The notes under the pieces are model-generated. The model was not told the origin of the DNA. It saw nothing but the letters and a program-made list of their open reading frames with translations, and ran no database searches. From TPA_inf: Saccharomyces (taxonomy: Eukaryota): a stretch of DNA of 64,000 nucleotides. The translations under genes were made by a program, and so were the position numbers. The stretch covers positions 384,001 through 448,000 of the forward strand of contig BK006939.2 in NCBI GenBank assembly GCA_000146045.2, in the 5' to 3' direction. Positions 44,101-55,615 of the stretch are shown in pieces (position 1 is the first letter of the stretch; every line of letters starts with the position of its first letter).

Positions 44101-46449
44101 TGCTCGAGTAGAGCGACCAGACTGTTCTGAAAGCCCCAGCTTTGAATTTTTCATGTCCTGAAAGGGAACCCTAAAGACCATACCTGTAGAAGAGCAAGTG
44201 GTGGATATCGGCCTTTTGTTCGAGGTGCCTGTTTCTTTCAGGCCAGTATCTCCAGTTGCATGTTGTTTTAACGTGTTTGACCGACTGTCCTCCTCATCCG
44301 CACAAAGTATCGGTTCTGAAGGAGATAGTTTATTATGCGAGATGGCTCGCTGCTTGGGTGACGATGTTGATGAAGTAAAGTCTACGCTATGTGGTTTCTT
44401 AAGACTTGTATTACTGTTCGATTTACTATTTCCGTTTTTAGAAAAGTATTTTTCTAGGGATCCGTTGGATGATTGACTAGAGTTACCAAACTTGGTAGTT
44501 TTTGAGGCTGTATGAGGTGAAAAACTTATGATATTAGAAGTGTCTCCATTAAACTCATAATTGAAAGATGTATTTGCATAGCCGTTTGATAATAGTGAAT
44601 CAAAATATCTCCCCCATCTTTTTCTCAATAAATATACTGGAACACCGATAGAATCACCATCAGCAGTGATAAATTCGAAATCAGATAAAGTCTTGCCGAA
44701 TATTTCTAGAGCATCTTTACCTAAAACCATAGCATATGGCGGAAATATAGAACTAGTTGATTCCATTTCTAATGGTACAGTTATATATCTGGAATAGTTC
44801 TCAAATTGTGAGGTCGCAGTCGAAGTCAAGCGGGGGATCCCTGAGTCGTCTAAGGAATATCCTTGAGTTACTGTGTATGGATTTGTGTGCTCAATCGTTG
44901 ATGAATTAGAGTATGGAAGATGATCATAAAGACTTAGATTTACGTTTAAGTTATGACTATTAGCGATGCCATTATTAGTGCGTGTGTGTTTGGTATTCAC
45001 TAATTTATTATAGCCGTTTAACATTGGTAAAGAGAATGATAAAATGTGATCGAATTTTTGAACGCTAGGTGAACAAAAATCATCTGTTCTGGTACCAAGT
45101 AATAAAGCTTGATGATGAGACTTCCAAATCAGAAGCTTCCAAAATCTATGCATACTAATACTGCACTCAGTACATGCTATGTTTACTCTTATCCATTTTC
45201 CACTAGCGATATTATAAATGAAACAATGAAGATTGGAAGGTTGGGGGTCTGGATAAAATCCTATTACAACAATGTTATAATTAAAGTAATTACCTGAGGG
45301 ATACTGCAAGTGAAAAGGTACTTGTAAAATAGAGTTTTCTTTGTTGTTTTGTGTAGGGTTTGATGTCATCCTAGCGCCCTGAGAGTTTCCAAGTAGTGGC
45401 AAAATTACGATAGGCGACATAAGTGTTTTTACTGCGTTTTCATCTGCATCATCGCTTTCAAAATACTTAAGATCGCCATGATGGTGATGGTGATGTTTTG
45501 GTAGTTTGGATTTGTCGTCTAGATCATGAGCGTAAGTAGAGAAACTACCATCGTCGGTTCCCCTTCTGGACGTGTTTGCCTCGCGTTGAGGGTAATATAA
45601 TGCCAATGTCGGAATTTCTGCCTGATTATTTTCAATCAGAACTGAGAAGTTGGAATCGTGAGATAAAGAAATTGGCATCCCATCAATATTAACCAGTATT
45701 TTTGACGACCCCTTTGAAGCTGGGTTTTCGTCCGATTTCGATTCTGACTCCCATAAACTTGTACGTAGGTTAAATATATCAATTTTTTTAACAGGAATAT
45801 CCATATTATCTAACCCACCTACAATGATTAGCTTCGTATCTTGATTTTCGTTATTTTCATTTAGGACGTGCATACTATGATTAAAACGTCTTGTAATTTG
45901 AGGGTTTTCACTTATCAAAGACCAGCACTTTGTTTTAAGATCTAATTTCCATAATTCGTTTGTTGCTATCAGCTCATAGCCGTTGTGAGGCGACACCATA
46001 AGCCCACCGAAAATGTAAATGTTGGATTCTGTGAAGCACATCGAATGAAACAATCTCTCTTTAAAGCTTAAGCCGTTATTCAACTCATTTTCTGATGTAG
46101 TATCTATTGTAGTATTTATTCTTTGCCATGTTCTGGAAATTAAATCAAGGAAAAATATCTCAGGGCTTATCCAATCAGCTAATGTTTTAAAATCAGCATT
46201 TCTATCCTTCTGTTTACCAAAATATAGAATTAGCTCCTTTTGCAGTTGTAATGAATTTATAATAGTCAGATTTAAAGGTAGTGTGAGCCCACCATGGACA
46301 AAAACACCTGAACGGGCTAGTTCTACTGCAGCTCCAGTTCTGCATTCCAAAGTGAGCTTCTTCCTTGTTGCTTCATCCAGATTGGGATTCGGTACAATAG
46401 GGAGGTTGAGCGGATAACAAACACTAGATGGTGGTTGTAATACGGTCAT
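41188..46449 (-). CDS. PMD1: Pmd1, Kelch-repeat paralog of Mds3.
   Basis: A 1753 aa ORF with an N-terminal Kelch/beta-propeller region followed by a long Ser/Asn-rich disordered region. Confidence 0.85.
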   Translation of the reverse strand: MTVLQPPSSVCYPLNLPIVPNPNLDEATRKKLTLECRTGAAVELARSGVFVHGGLTLPLNLTIINSLQLQKELILYFGKQKDRNADFKTLADWISPEIFFLDLISRTWQRINTTIDTTSENELNNGLSFKERLFHSMCFTESNIYIFGGLMVSPHNGYELIATNELWKLDLKTKCWSLISENPQITRRFNHSMHVLNENNENQDTKLIIVGGLDNMDIPVKKIDIFNLRTSLWESESKSDENPASKGSSKILVNIDGMPISLSHDSNFSVLIENNQAEIPTLALYYPQREANTSRRGTDDGSFSTYAHDLDDKSKLPKHHHHHHGDLKYFESDDADENAVKTLMSPIVILPLLGNSQGARMTSNPTQNNKENSILQVPFHLQYPSGNYFNYNIVVIGFYPDPQPSNLHCFIYNIASGKWIRVNIACTECSISMHRFWKLLIWKSHHQALLLGTRTDDFCSPSVQKFDHILSFSLPMLNGYNKLVNTKHTRTNNGIANSHNLNVNLSLYDHLPYSNSSTIEHTNPYTVTQGYSLDDSGIPRLTSTATSQFENYSRYITVPLEMESTSSIFPPYAMVLGKDALEIFGKTLSDFEFITADGDSIGVPVYLLRKRWGRYFDSLLSNGYANTSFNYEFNGDTSNIISFSPHTASKTTKFGNSSQSSNGSLEKYFSKNGNSKSNSNTSLKKPHSVDFTSSTSSPKQRAISHNKLSPSEPILCADEEDSRSNTLKQHATGDTGLKETGTSNKRPISTTCSSTGMVFRVPFQDMKNSKLGLSEQSGRSTRASSVSPPPVYKKSTNDGNDSNCTLSNTPLVYRRASTVGTTTNSSVDDGFSSIRRASHPLQSYIIAKSSPSSISKASPAEKAFSRRKSSALRFIASPNQSRQTSFASTASTASVVSSTSGRRRNSNQISHLGSSASLPNSPILPVLNIPLPPQEKIPLEPLPPVPKAPSRRSSSLAEYVQFGRDSPVASRRSSHSTRKSSSSDARRISNSSLLRNTLDSQLLSNSYGSDIPYEASIQEYGMNNGRDEEEDGDNQDYGCISPSNIRPIFSTINAININGNFKEGEFFSSKSYINNEKSRRLSYISNPESVESTNSNNNAIIELEPLLTPRSLYMPWSTASVRAFAEFFYTAQINGKWLLAPVTLDLLIMAKIYEIPILYELITEVLYKIISKKEEGLSVTCEALLNLFQQKVSRYCNENEGKIRKQLDSSESYQDTLEIKRSLANIDNGYVDSYLLRNTSMAQSIHYTDDSNGETEIDMHHTGISSIGSLANRAVPTVFAGGPRDSHNSIGSIAFPSNSGVQNIRRSVSLFSPATKKKSSLSRETDPLDTSDQFTDDVPDSGPVSRQQNFPRRSSSFTETVPTEPTRYNYQNLDSSKSNRASDDKEEQNEQATLQDISNFDKYKVETLQKRNSNDGKDLDRTNDPLKNRGTEIPQNSSNLETDPFIRDSFDSDSGSSFRSDSDDLDSQLGILPFTKMNKKLQEQTSQEFDDSIDPLYKIGSSTPGSSRLHGSFSKYIRPNSQREDGSEYVNISSLENMVSPNALPPVDYVMKSIYRTSVLVNDSNLMTRTKEAIELSKVLKKLKKKVLQDISQMDDEMRETGKPIFARGSSSPTLSRQHSDVATPLKQQENTRPALKFASSSPISEGFRKSSIKFSQAPSTQISPRTSVTDFTASQQRRQHMNKRFSTQTTHSTSALFMNPAFMPSAVNTGRKESEGHCEDRSATANRTNRKEDATTNDNDNIAPFPFFGKRR

Positions 46450-47124
46450 TTTTAAAAACTTTATGCTTTCACCTAATTATAGAAACGCGTACTAATGTTT
46501 TTTGTTATTGAAGAAACTGGAAATGACTAAAGAATACTCAGGCAACGATGAGCATAGCCAAAAAAAAAAAAAAATTTGTTAAAAGTGATACTGGTAACTT
46601 TAATACAATATCCAAAGTTTATGATATCAAGTTGGAAACGGTGTCGATGTGGACTTTGTTAGAGGTTAATCTGTATTTGTGACTGGGCTCTGCCAAACTT
46701 ACTATCTTCTATTATCTAGGCTCAAGTAAGTAAGATGAAAAAAAGAAAAAGAAAAAAAAGCAGAAAAAAAGCAGAAAAAACAGTAAAGTGGGTGTGAGTG
46801 CACTGGAAAGCCTGTGTAATAAGTTTTTGATGTACTGTATTCCTTGCGAGTATTATCACAAAGCTCTACTGTGTTTGCACTGTGGGCGTATAGGGATATC
46901 GCGAGGGCAACGCAAAACTAGCAAGATACACATATTCCATACATTAAAGCGGTAATTTTTAGTAGTTAATTTCGAAATTTCAAACCCGGCAATGATACGC
47001 ACATTAAGAAAAGGGAAAAAAAAAAGAATAAATTGGCCATAGAAAAATTCTGTTATCCACTAGACAGAAGTTTGCGTTCCATACTGTCAGAGGTGGCATT
47101 TTACATAACAATAGTGACAAAAAA

Positions 47125-47220
47125 TAAATTTCAGAAGGAAGGCAACATAAGTTTTTCTAATCCTAAAATCTTTCGATTTTGTATCAGAGATTGTTCACGC
47201 TAATGTCATTCATCATAGTA
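47125..47220 (-). ncRNA. SNR52: snR52 box C/D snoRNA, mature region (Pol III transcribed).
   Basis: The reverse complement reads ...TACTATGATGAATGACATTAGCGTGAACAATCTCTGATAC...CCTTCTGAAATTTATTTTTT. It has box C ATGATGA, a box D CTGA near the 3' end and a T6 Pol III terminator (A-run at 47119-47124 on plus). The adjacent upstream sequence matches, as far as I recall, the widely used SNR52 promoter. Confidence 0.8.
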
Positions 47221-47489
47221 GATCATTTATCTTTCACTGCGGAGAAGTTTCGAACGCCGAAACATGCGCACCAACTTTCACTTCTACAGCGTTTGACCAA
47301 AATCTTTTGAACAGAACATTGTAGGGTGTGAAAAAATGCGCACCTTTACCGCTAGCCCAAGAGGGCACTACAAAATCTAGAGTTGTACTTCAAACGTACA
47401 TGTAATCACCTTGTATATACTCGAAAGAAAACATCAAGTTTCTGTATAAATATGAGTGAAAGCATAATCATACATTATCTTTTCAAAGA
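47221..47489 (-). promoter_or_regulatory. SNR52: SNR52 leader / promoter segment carrying the Pol III A-box and B-box (B-box GTTCGAAAC).
   Basis: About 269 bp whose reverse complement begins TCTTTGAAAAGATAATGTATGATTATGC... and ends ...GGTGCGCATGTTTCGGCGTTCGAAACTTCTCCGCAGTGAAAGATAAATGATC. This matches my recollection of the SNR52 promoter cassette used in gRNA vectors. Confidence 0.75.
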
Positions 47490-47822
47490 TGAAGAGTGGG
47501 TGAATTTTGAGATAATTGTTGGGATTCCATTTTTAATAAGGCAATAATATTAGGTATGTAGAAAGTACTAGAAGTTCTCCTCGAGGATTTAGGAATCCAT
47601 AAAAGGGAATCTGCAATTCTACACAATTCTATAAATATTATTATCATCATTTTATATGTTAATATTCATTGATCCTATTACATTATCAATCCTTGCGTTT
47701 CAGCTTCCACTAATTTAGATGACTATTTCTCATCATTTGCGTCATCTTCTAACACCGTATATGATAATATACTAGTAACGTAAATACTAGTTAGTAGATG
47801 ATAGTTGATTTTTACTCCAACA
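47490..47822 (-). repeat. Solo delta (Ty1/Ty2 LTR), about 333 bp, abutting the SNR52 promoter.
   Basis: The reverse complement begins TGTTGGAGTAAAAATCAACTATCATC and ends ...CCCAACAATTATCTCAAAATTCACCCACTCTTCA. It has a TG...CA terminus and is near-identical to canonical delta, including CTCCTCGAGGA. Confidence 0.85.
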
Positions 47823-48494
47823 AAAGAATTACAGTCAGTGGCTGTTTGCTGACATTTCATTGCTTCCCTTACAACCTGATTTCCATTCGAGTTGAAAGGT
47901 TGAGAAAAATTGCAAGACTTCTCTCTCATCTACCTTCCCCTTTTCTTGAAGACAAGGTGAGAGACAATTTAGTACTAAAGCTTTTGCGGTTGTTATTCAA
48001 TTGAGGTAGATACCTGGCAAAACATTTCTTGTGAGCACAACCTCAATTAAAGTTAGACAAGTAGGTGCACTATTGGTTGCTTGTTGGCTCATCTCGTTGA
48101 GGAATGTAATAACTACTTGTTATTAACCTGTTTTTGTGCCATCTATAGTGGAGAGCTTATTGCAATTTGTTTTTTATTTCTTGACTGCATATATCAGTCT
48201 TTGACAGGCTGCATGGGGATGACAGTTAGAAACTAGCCAAATTACCCCTTATGTAGATAACAATCATTGCTTATTCGCTCTTCCCCCATTTTTTTTCTTG
48301 CTCTTGCTGTTTTTTCTTTTAGCGTTCGTTTCAAGGAACAAGAGAGGGAAAAAAAAATCAAAAGTAGAAAAGAAGAAGAAAAAAACAACGTAACACAAGT
48401 TAACACCACAACTGAAAAAAAAAATAAGAGGTGAACGAACGAGTAACTGGGGAGAGGAAAGCAGATTACCACAATATACATTCAAATTAAAGAA

Positions 48495-48671
48495 ATGGAC
48501 TCACAACCAGTTGACGTTGATAATATCATCGATAGATTATTGGAAGTAAGAGGATCTAAACCTGGTCAACAAGTTGATCTAGAAGAAAATGAAATCAGAT
48601 ACTTATGTTCGAAAGCCAGATCTATATTCATAAAGCAACCCATTTTACTAGAGTTAGAAGCCCCAATTAAA
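48495..48671 (+). CDS. GLC7: GLC7 exon 1 (59 codons).
   Basis: [59 protein letters not shown], followed by GTATGT at 48672. Confidence 0.95.
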
Positions 48672-49196
48672 GTATGTTAATGTTGAACTTCGCAGTCAAG
48701 AGATAGAATGCCTAGAGCTTCAGGTGTTTTATGTGTTCTACTCCTGTTGCGGCAGTAAGATAGTTACAGCAGTTATTTCCGTTTGACTGAAAGAATTTAC
48801 CAAGCATCTGATGTTAGCCTACTCATATGTCGAGATAGCCGAGATAATGTGTGTGTTTAGCTCTTCATTTTTCTATCTTATTAGGCATTTTTTTACCAAG
48901 ATTTCCTTATGTTTTGTATCATCATCCGGCCGGCGCCTCCCATATTCAGAAAAATCCCCCTTGCTCACACTAAAAAAAGAAGGCATTTTTTCGTTATGAA
49001 GAAAACGAATCTTTTTTTTTTTTGAGCCCGAGAGAAAGGTCGGACGAAAACCAAGAAATGTGGATTTGCAGAAGGCATTGGGAGAAATGAAGCGTTTTTG
49101 ACAGCAGTAATTGTTCTCTTAAAGTCAACGGAATGAGCTAGATTTAGTGACAAATTCATTTACTAACTTATTTTTTTCTATTTTTTTTTTTTTTAG
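48672..49196 (+). other. GLC7: GLC7 intron (525 nt).
   Basis: GTATGT 5' splice site, TACTAAC at 49161-49167 and a poly-T...TAG acceptor ending at 49196. Splicing restores the PP1 motif ICGDIHGQ. Confidence 0.95.
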
Positions 49197-49958
<762 letters not shown>

Positions 49959-50540
49959 ATAGATTCACGTCCTAAATCAAAGTTTAAAAAGGAAAATACT
50001 TATTAACAAGAAGAGTAGTAGAAGAAAAATACAAGAAACATAAACGTAGAAAACTTTTAGTCAATTCTTTAAGCGAAGAATACGAAAGAAACATCAAGAA
50101 AACAAAGGAAGATGCAATCATCACTCGTCATATACACAAATAATTCCCTTTAGTGCAACAAACCGCGAAAAAGCATAAGAAACATAAAAAAAATATAAAA
50201 AAAAGGAGATAATAATAAGATGTGAAGGATTTGAATTAGTGGAAAAATGATAAGTCTACACTATTATTATTAACGAAATGCAATTTTTCTTTATTTTCTT
50301 TTATTACTATTATCATTACTATTATTATTAGTATTATTATTTTTTTACTTATTTTTATATTAAACTATGTTAAATTACTATATTATTATTTTGTCTAACT
50401 CTATATTGAGGCTGTCTTTCGTTGCACTGTTAAGAATGGTCACGTCTTCCTTTGGCTTTGAACCCTTTTATAAACAAGTTGGCCAAATCATTTAGTCAAT
50501 CACGTCAACCTGTCTAAAATAAGACAGGTAAAAAAGAAAA

Positions 50541-50612
50541 TGCCATCTCCTAGAATCGAACCAGGGTTTCATCGGCCACAACGATGTGTACTAACCACTA
50601 TACTAAGATGGC
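50541..50612 (-). tRNA. tRNA-His (GUG).
   Basis: The reverse complement GCCATCTTAGTATAGTGGTTAGTACACATCGTTGTGGCCGATGAAACCCTGGTTCGATTCTAGGAGATGGCA folds as a cloverleaf with a GTG anticodon. Confidence 0.95.
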
Positions 50613-50630
50613 GACTTTTCAATGGAGAAC

Positions 50631-50971
50631 TGTTGTATTACGGGCTCGAGTAATACCGGAGTGTCTTGACAATCCTAATATAAACAGTCTTAGGGAAGTA
50701 ACCAGTTGTCAAAACAGTTTATCAGATTAATTCACGGAATGTTACTTATCTTATATATTATATAAAATATGAATCATACTAAGTGGTGGAAGCGCGGAAT
50801 CTCGGATCTAAACTAATTGTTCAGGCATTTATACTTTTGGGTAGTTCAGCTAGGGAAGGCCGGGTTTTATCTCATGTTGTTCGTTTTGTTATAAGGTTGT
50901 TTCATATGTGTTTTATGAACGTTTAGGATGACGTATTGTCATACTGACGTATCTCATTTTGAGATACAACA
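50631..50971 (-). repeat. Solo sigma (Ty3 LTR), 341 bp, 18 bp upstream of the tH(GUG) 5' end.
   Basis: The reverse complement begins TGTTGTATCTCAAAATGAGATA... and ends ...CTCGAGCCCGTAATACAACA, matching my memory of the sigma element. Ty3 characteristically inserts 16-19 bp from the Pol III start, which is the position seen here. Confidence 0.85.
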
Positions 50972-51069
50972 AGAACCGTATCCTTATTTTGTACTTTTGT
51001 GTAAATATTTAATGAATTGTTTGAGCAATTACGAAATTGTTTGGAATCCAAAGGAATCTTCAGTAAATT

Positions 51070-51157
51070 TGTTGGAATAGAAATTAATTGGCTTCTATTA
51101 ATCAGTGCGTATGTTACTGGTATATTGGGAATGGGTGAACAATTTGAGACAGTTGTT
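51070..51157 (+). repeat. LTR debris: short delta 5'-end fragment (TGTTGGAATAGAAAT...).
   Basis: TGTTGGAATAGAAATTAATTGG and following bases resemble a delta terminus immediately next to the tau-like LTR. Confidence 0.35.
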
Positions 51158-51478
51158 GGATTCCATTGTTGTTAAAGGCTGCAATATTACGTAGAACGAA
51201 TATGCTGCAATTCTCCTCGAGAAAAAATAGGAATCTACAAAAGGCGAATCGATAGCTCTACATAATAATGTTACTTTATCTTCTTCCTTTTATACTTTGT
51301 CATTCTTTTTCTTATTACGTTATCAGTTCTTGCATTTCAGGTGCTATTATATTTGGTGACTATTTCTCAATCTCTATGACATCTTCTTATACCGTACGTG
51401 ATAATATAATAGTGATATGAATACCAGTCGATAGACGATAGTTAGTTGGGTTTTATTTAACAAATAGGTTCCCGAGAA
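51158..51478 (-). repeat. Diverged solo LTR of the Ty1/2/4 (delta/tau-like) family.
   Basis: It begins with the delta-type TGAGA...TTGTTGG terminus, has an internal CTCCTCGAGAAAAAATAGGAATC delta-like core, and is about 85-90% identical to the inverted copy at 58733-59075. Confidence 0.55.
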
Positions 51479-51751
51479 AAAGTTCTAATATTTTCTATTT
51501 ACCCAATAGTACTACCCCATCAAATAATAGAATCATAGTAATTATCAGTAACAAAATATACAGCCCTCATCAGCAATGTAGTCTCAACAACTGCCCCCAG
51601 AATTCACCGCTTTTCTTCGATCGTCAATATGGAAGTGAGGAAACTCGGGCTCACTTAAAACGAACTGCATGTTTTAAAATCATTATCCATGCAAGTGTGG
51701 CATAAAAGCCGTAGTTAGATATATCTCAAACGCGCAAAAAGTTAAAAAGAA

Positions 51752-51824
51752 AGCCCTGTAGGGGGCTCGAACCCCTAACCTTATGATTAAGAGTCATACG
51801 CGCTACCGATTGCGCCAACAAGGC
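51752..51824 (-). tRNA. tRNA-Lys (CUU).
   Basis: The reverse complement GCCTTGTTGGCGCAATCGGTAGCGCGTATGACTCTTAATCATAAGGTTAGGGGTTCGAGCCCCCTACAGGGCT has a CTT anticodon. Confidence 0.95.
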
Positions 51825-51947
51825 TCTTATTGTTGTTTTTCTGATTCTTATGGAGGGATTAGAGAGCAAAGTAAAGTACTTATATGTAATTTAACATTCG
51901 ATGAACCGCGGATAATTAGTAATATGAAATGGGTGATGTTCATAATG

Positions 51948-52277
51948 TAGAGAATGTGGATTTTGATGTAATTGTTGGGATTCCATTGTGATTAAGGCTA
52001 TAATATTAGGTATGTAGATATACTAGAAGTTCTCCTCCAGGATTTAGGAATCCATAAAAGGGAATCTGCAATTCTACACAATTCTATAAATATTATTATC
52101 ATCGTTTTATATGTTAATATTCATTGATCCTATTACATTATCAATCCTTGCGTTTCAGCTTCCATTGAAAACGATGACTATTTCTCATCATTTGCGTCAT
52201 CTTCTAACACCGTATATGATAATATACTAGTAACGTAAATACTAGTTAGTAGATGATAGTTGATTTTTATTCCAACA
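51948..52277 (-). repeat. Solo delta (Ty1/2 LTR) about 125 bp upstream of tK(CUU), with an extra duplicated terminal fragment at 51922-51947.
   Basis: Near-identical to the delta at 47490-47822 (GATTCCATTGTGATTAAGGCTATAATATTAGGTATGTAGA...TTTTTATTCCAACA). Confidence 0.8.
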
Positions 52278-52605
52278 CATAATTAGAATTTAAAAGGCAG
52301 TATTGGTGAAGATTGAACATTAATTTTCTTATGCTTATATAATAGAGGTATGAACACACGCATATAGGATCATTATATAGTTATGGCTAGTATTATCATG
52401 GCTCTGGTAATTTCATACATTTGATGTCGTCACGACTCATATTATTTGCTCATATATATAACTTCCTCATATATATAACTTCCTCATCAAGTTCAATTAA
52501 TAGATCTTTAGTTCAAATTCAGAACATTCTGAATTTGTCGTTTAACATTTCCTTCTGCAAGAGTACATTCACACTGGAACGTATACGAGGTGTAAATTGG
52601 TATAC

Positions 52606-52800
52606 TGTTGGAATAAAAACCAACTATCGTCTATCAAGCGAGGCGCTGAAATCCTACTATTCGCTCGAAAGACCGCTGAACGCAGGAGATTCTTTTTTGA
52701 TCTTGAATATCATTTGAGTATTTTTGTTCTACATTCTAGTTTTAGGAAAATCATCAATCTATGGCAGGAATCAATAGTGTTGGAATAAGAAATGCATATT
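52606..52800 (+). repeat. LTR debris: two TGTTGGAATA... LTR 5'-terminus fragments (tau/delta-like).
   Basis: TGTTGGAATAAAAACCAACTATCGTCTATCAAG at 52606 and TGTTGGAATAAGAAATG at 52778. Confidence 0.35.
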
Positions 52801-53266
52801 TGCCTGCGAAAAAAAGTTATTCTTTTTTTTTGGTTAACGTAGTTAAACTACTCTGTTAAAAATAATGGGTTAAGGTTCATGTTCGTCACATAATGTTTCG
52901 TACACTTAAAATTCAAACGCTATCAGTAGCATTACAACGTGTATGAAGATCATTGGAGAAAAGCAGATGGTTAAGAGCTTCTTGCACTGAAATTTGAAAA
53001 TATTTGTCTGAACTTAGTAGTGAAAAGTGGTGAATGAACCAGGTTTTTATACATAGATATATGGTTAAGTTATGAAAACTCTTTTTGGAAGAACAAATTA
53101 GTACAAAGGCTGAGGCGGATTGGTTAAAGTTTTTAAATTAAAAGTGAGCTTCTATTTTGATAAATCACAAATATATAATTTTTAACAGTGATGTATCATC
53201 TTCCCATAAATGTAATGACTTCTTCTTATGCTCAGATGATGCTCTGTGAACTAAGTGCGCAGTCCT

Positions 53267-53803
53267 TCAAACCTTTCCACTCAGGTAATCTTGATAAAGT
53301 TTCCAAGATGGTCCATTCTCTGGGTCTCTTACATAAACAAACTTCACTCCGTATTTCTCCACTTCTTTGTTTCTACTTTCATCATCAAATAAACAAATCT
53401 TTTTCGATTTTAAATCGCTGGTATTATAAAGATCTTTCAAACCGTCCCTTAAATGGCCAATTTTACTTCTTTCTCCCCACTGAAATTCATCGAACAGGTT
53501 GGCCAACGGGGTTACGACACCAGCATACTTGACCTTGAATATTTTCAGTATTTCCTGGGCAATCTCAGGTGCCCACGTTCGTGACGCGGTCATTAACTTA
53601 ACTCCATTATCTTTAAGATCACCTAGTATACGTGGGATATCTTTGTAGATTGTGAGCTCGTAACCATCTCTACATATAATTGTGAGAACTTCGCCATTAC
53701 TACTTTTAACTGGCTTAAAGGGACCGTGCAAATGGGTATCACAATAGCAGGGCCAAATGGTGTAGTCCAAATCGAAGGCGGCCACGTCAGGGTATCCAGT
53801 CAT
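53267..53803 (-). CDS. Mg-dependent acid phosphatase (MDP-1), HAD-like (YER134C).
   Basis: The first ATG gives [24 protein letters not shown]..., 178 aa. It has the HAD motif I DxDxT and a later GDxxxD-like motif. Confidence 0.7.
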
Positions 53804-54699
53804 AATAAACGCGTTGAGACTATTTTGGAGCAGGATTTGTAACAAAATTGTTCTCTTTGTAAGTTTAAGGACAAAAATGCTTGTTTCTCGAGAAGGTCTC
53901 CTTTTCGGCAGGTCCTTCTTCTAGTGCGTGAAAAATATTCTACTCAATCCCTTAGTATTCTTTGTAAACAATACACTTTAAAGAAATATGAATGCTTATC
54001 TGCTTTTCAACAATCATTTTAGAGTTCTTATTCACTGAGGTGCGAATGGGTACGAAATTTGTTTCAGGAGAATTTAGCTTGTTGCACACAAATTTCTGCC
54101 ATTTATATCTGCAAGATCTGTTTCCCTCTTTCCAACTAGCGAGGCATATTAGAAAAAGAGTGAATAGTAACTTGTGTAAGTTTTGATGTAACGGTAGTAT
54201 AGAGTACCTATAATATTCGCCGATTATATTCTCAAAACTTGTAAATAACGCCATGTCACCGTATGGAGAAAGTGCTAACCAAATTGTAATATCGACCAAG
54301 ACCTTTTTCTGTGAATTATGTAAGTTTCTTAAAGTCCATGTCATGCTTGAAAGATTTTAATCAACCTTGCATTTGTGGTCGTTAAACTCAAAGGGGATAT
54401 TCAAACGACAATCGACAACTAACTTCGAATAAACTAAGATTCACTTTATTGGGATATAATCAATTACCCTTCATTAAGTGGTGTATATGTTCCTGACGTA
54501 TTGTCATTTTCGGGATAAGAGGTTTGATGACTATTTCTCGATTTTCATGTCATCCTCTTTACACCGTACGTGATAATACACTAATTACACGATATAACTG
54601 AGCAATGATATTTTAGAGCTTCATCTCCACAATTTCATGTGTAAATCTTAAGAATTGTAGATATATTCTATTTTTTAATGAAACTTTTTCAACAAATTA

Positions 54700-54773
54700 G
54701 GTTTCGTGGTCTAGTCGGTTATGGCATCTGCTTAACACGCAGAACGTCCCCAGTTCGATCCTGGGCGAAATCA
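54700..54773 (+). tRNA. tRNA-Val (AAC).
   Basis: GGTTTCGTGGTCTAGTCGGTTATGGCATCTGCTTAACACGCAGAACGTCCCCAGTTCGATCCTGGGCGAAATCA has an AAC anticodon and is followed by a T-run terminator. Confidence 0.95.
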
Positions 54774-55615
54774 ATTTTTTTTTTCGAAAACGTTATAATT
54801 TACGTTAATTTACAAAGGGCATTCCTTTCATACTAAGCAATGTTTACTTCCAATCTCTTGAGACATCTTCGAAACTAGTTGAAAAGAGACAAATCCGCTT
54901 AATAACTAATAGTTACAAGAATGGCCAATCAAACTCTTGCCAAGCGATACAAGCTTTACAATCCTGTAACAAAAACATACTTTTAGCGGTTCCGACGGTA
55001 TTCTTCTTTTTCTCCATATATTTTGCTTATGTTGGCTACTTTAAAATAATTACCGCTTCCCCCACCAGAAACTAAACATGAGCTAAAGGCGCAAAACTTA
55101 AAAAATTACATAGCCAAGACTGTTTTCAAGAAAAAAATATCAGACCACATTTGATAAAGTACATACCTCTGTTAACTCCCGTAATACACCCATATTCTTG
55201 TACTTTCTACAATCTATCACTCAAACTTCTCTATTATCCAACATCTGCTGTTGCATAGTAAAGTAGGCCGTAAACGCTCAAAACCGTTATCTTTAGGTTA
55301 CCCTTATGTTTGAATCGTTTATCTCACATTGGCGGTGTTTTCCCCTCTCCTGTGGGCTCCAAAATCTTGGCCGTGGGAAGCTTCAGCGAGGGATTGTAGA
55401 TGTAGTTTCAACACGTCGGCTGATTTATCCCGATTTTGTTAGTAGAAAAGGTTCTACTTCATTCTTGCTTGAGACGTCGTCCCATCAAATTTCTAACATA
55501 GTCTTTTTTCAAGGAAGGATATTTTTCAAAGCAGGACTGCAATTAGTCTTTTCCTTTTCTTTACTCCCCTTCCATCATAACTGTTAGTGAATAACCACTT
55601 ATATAGCATAACACA

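Noticed and set aside
52421-52788. 98 aa and 63 aa ORFs.
   Set aside because: They lie within LTR debris (TGTTGGAATA... fragments) and are very unlikely to be coding.
53952-54344. 130 aa minus-strand ORF between YER134C and tV(AAC).
   Set aside because: It has low-complexity, hydrophobic-biased composition and no recognisable domain. It sits in a tRNA-flanking region and is likely the dubious ORF YER135C rather than a real gene. It is kept out of the feature list.
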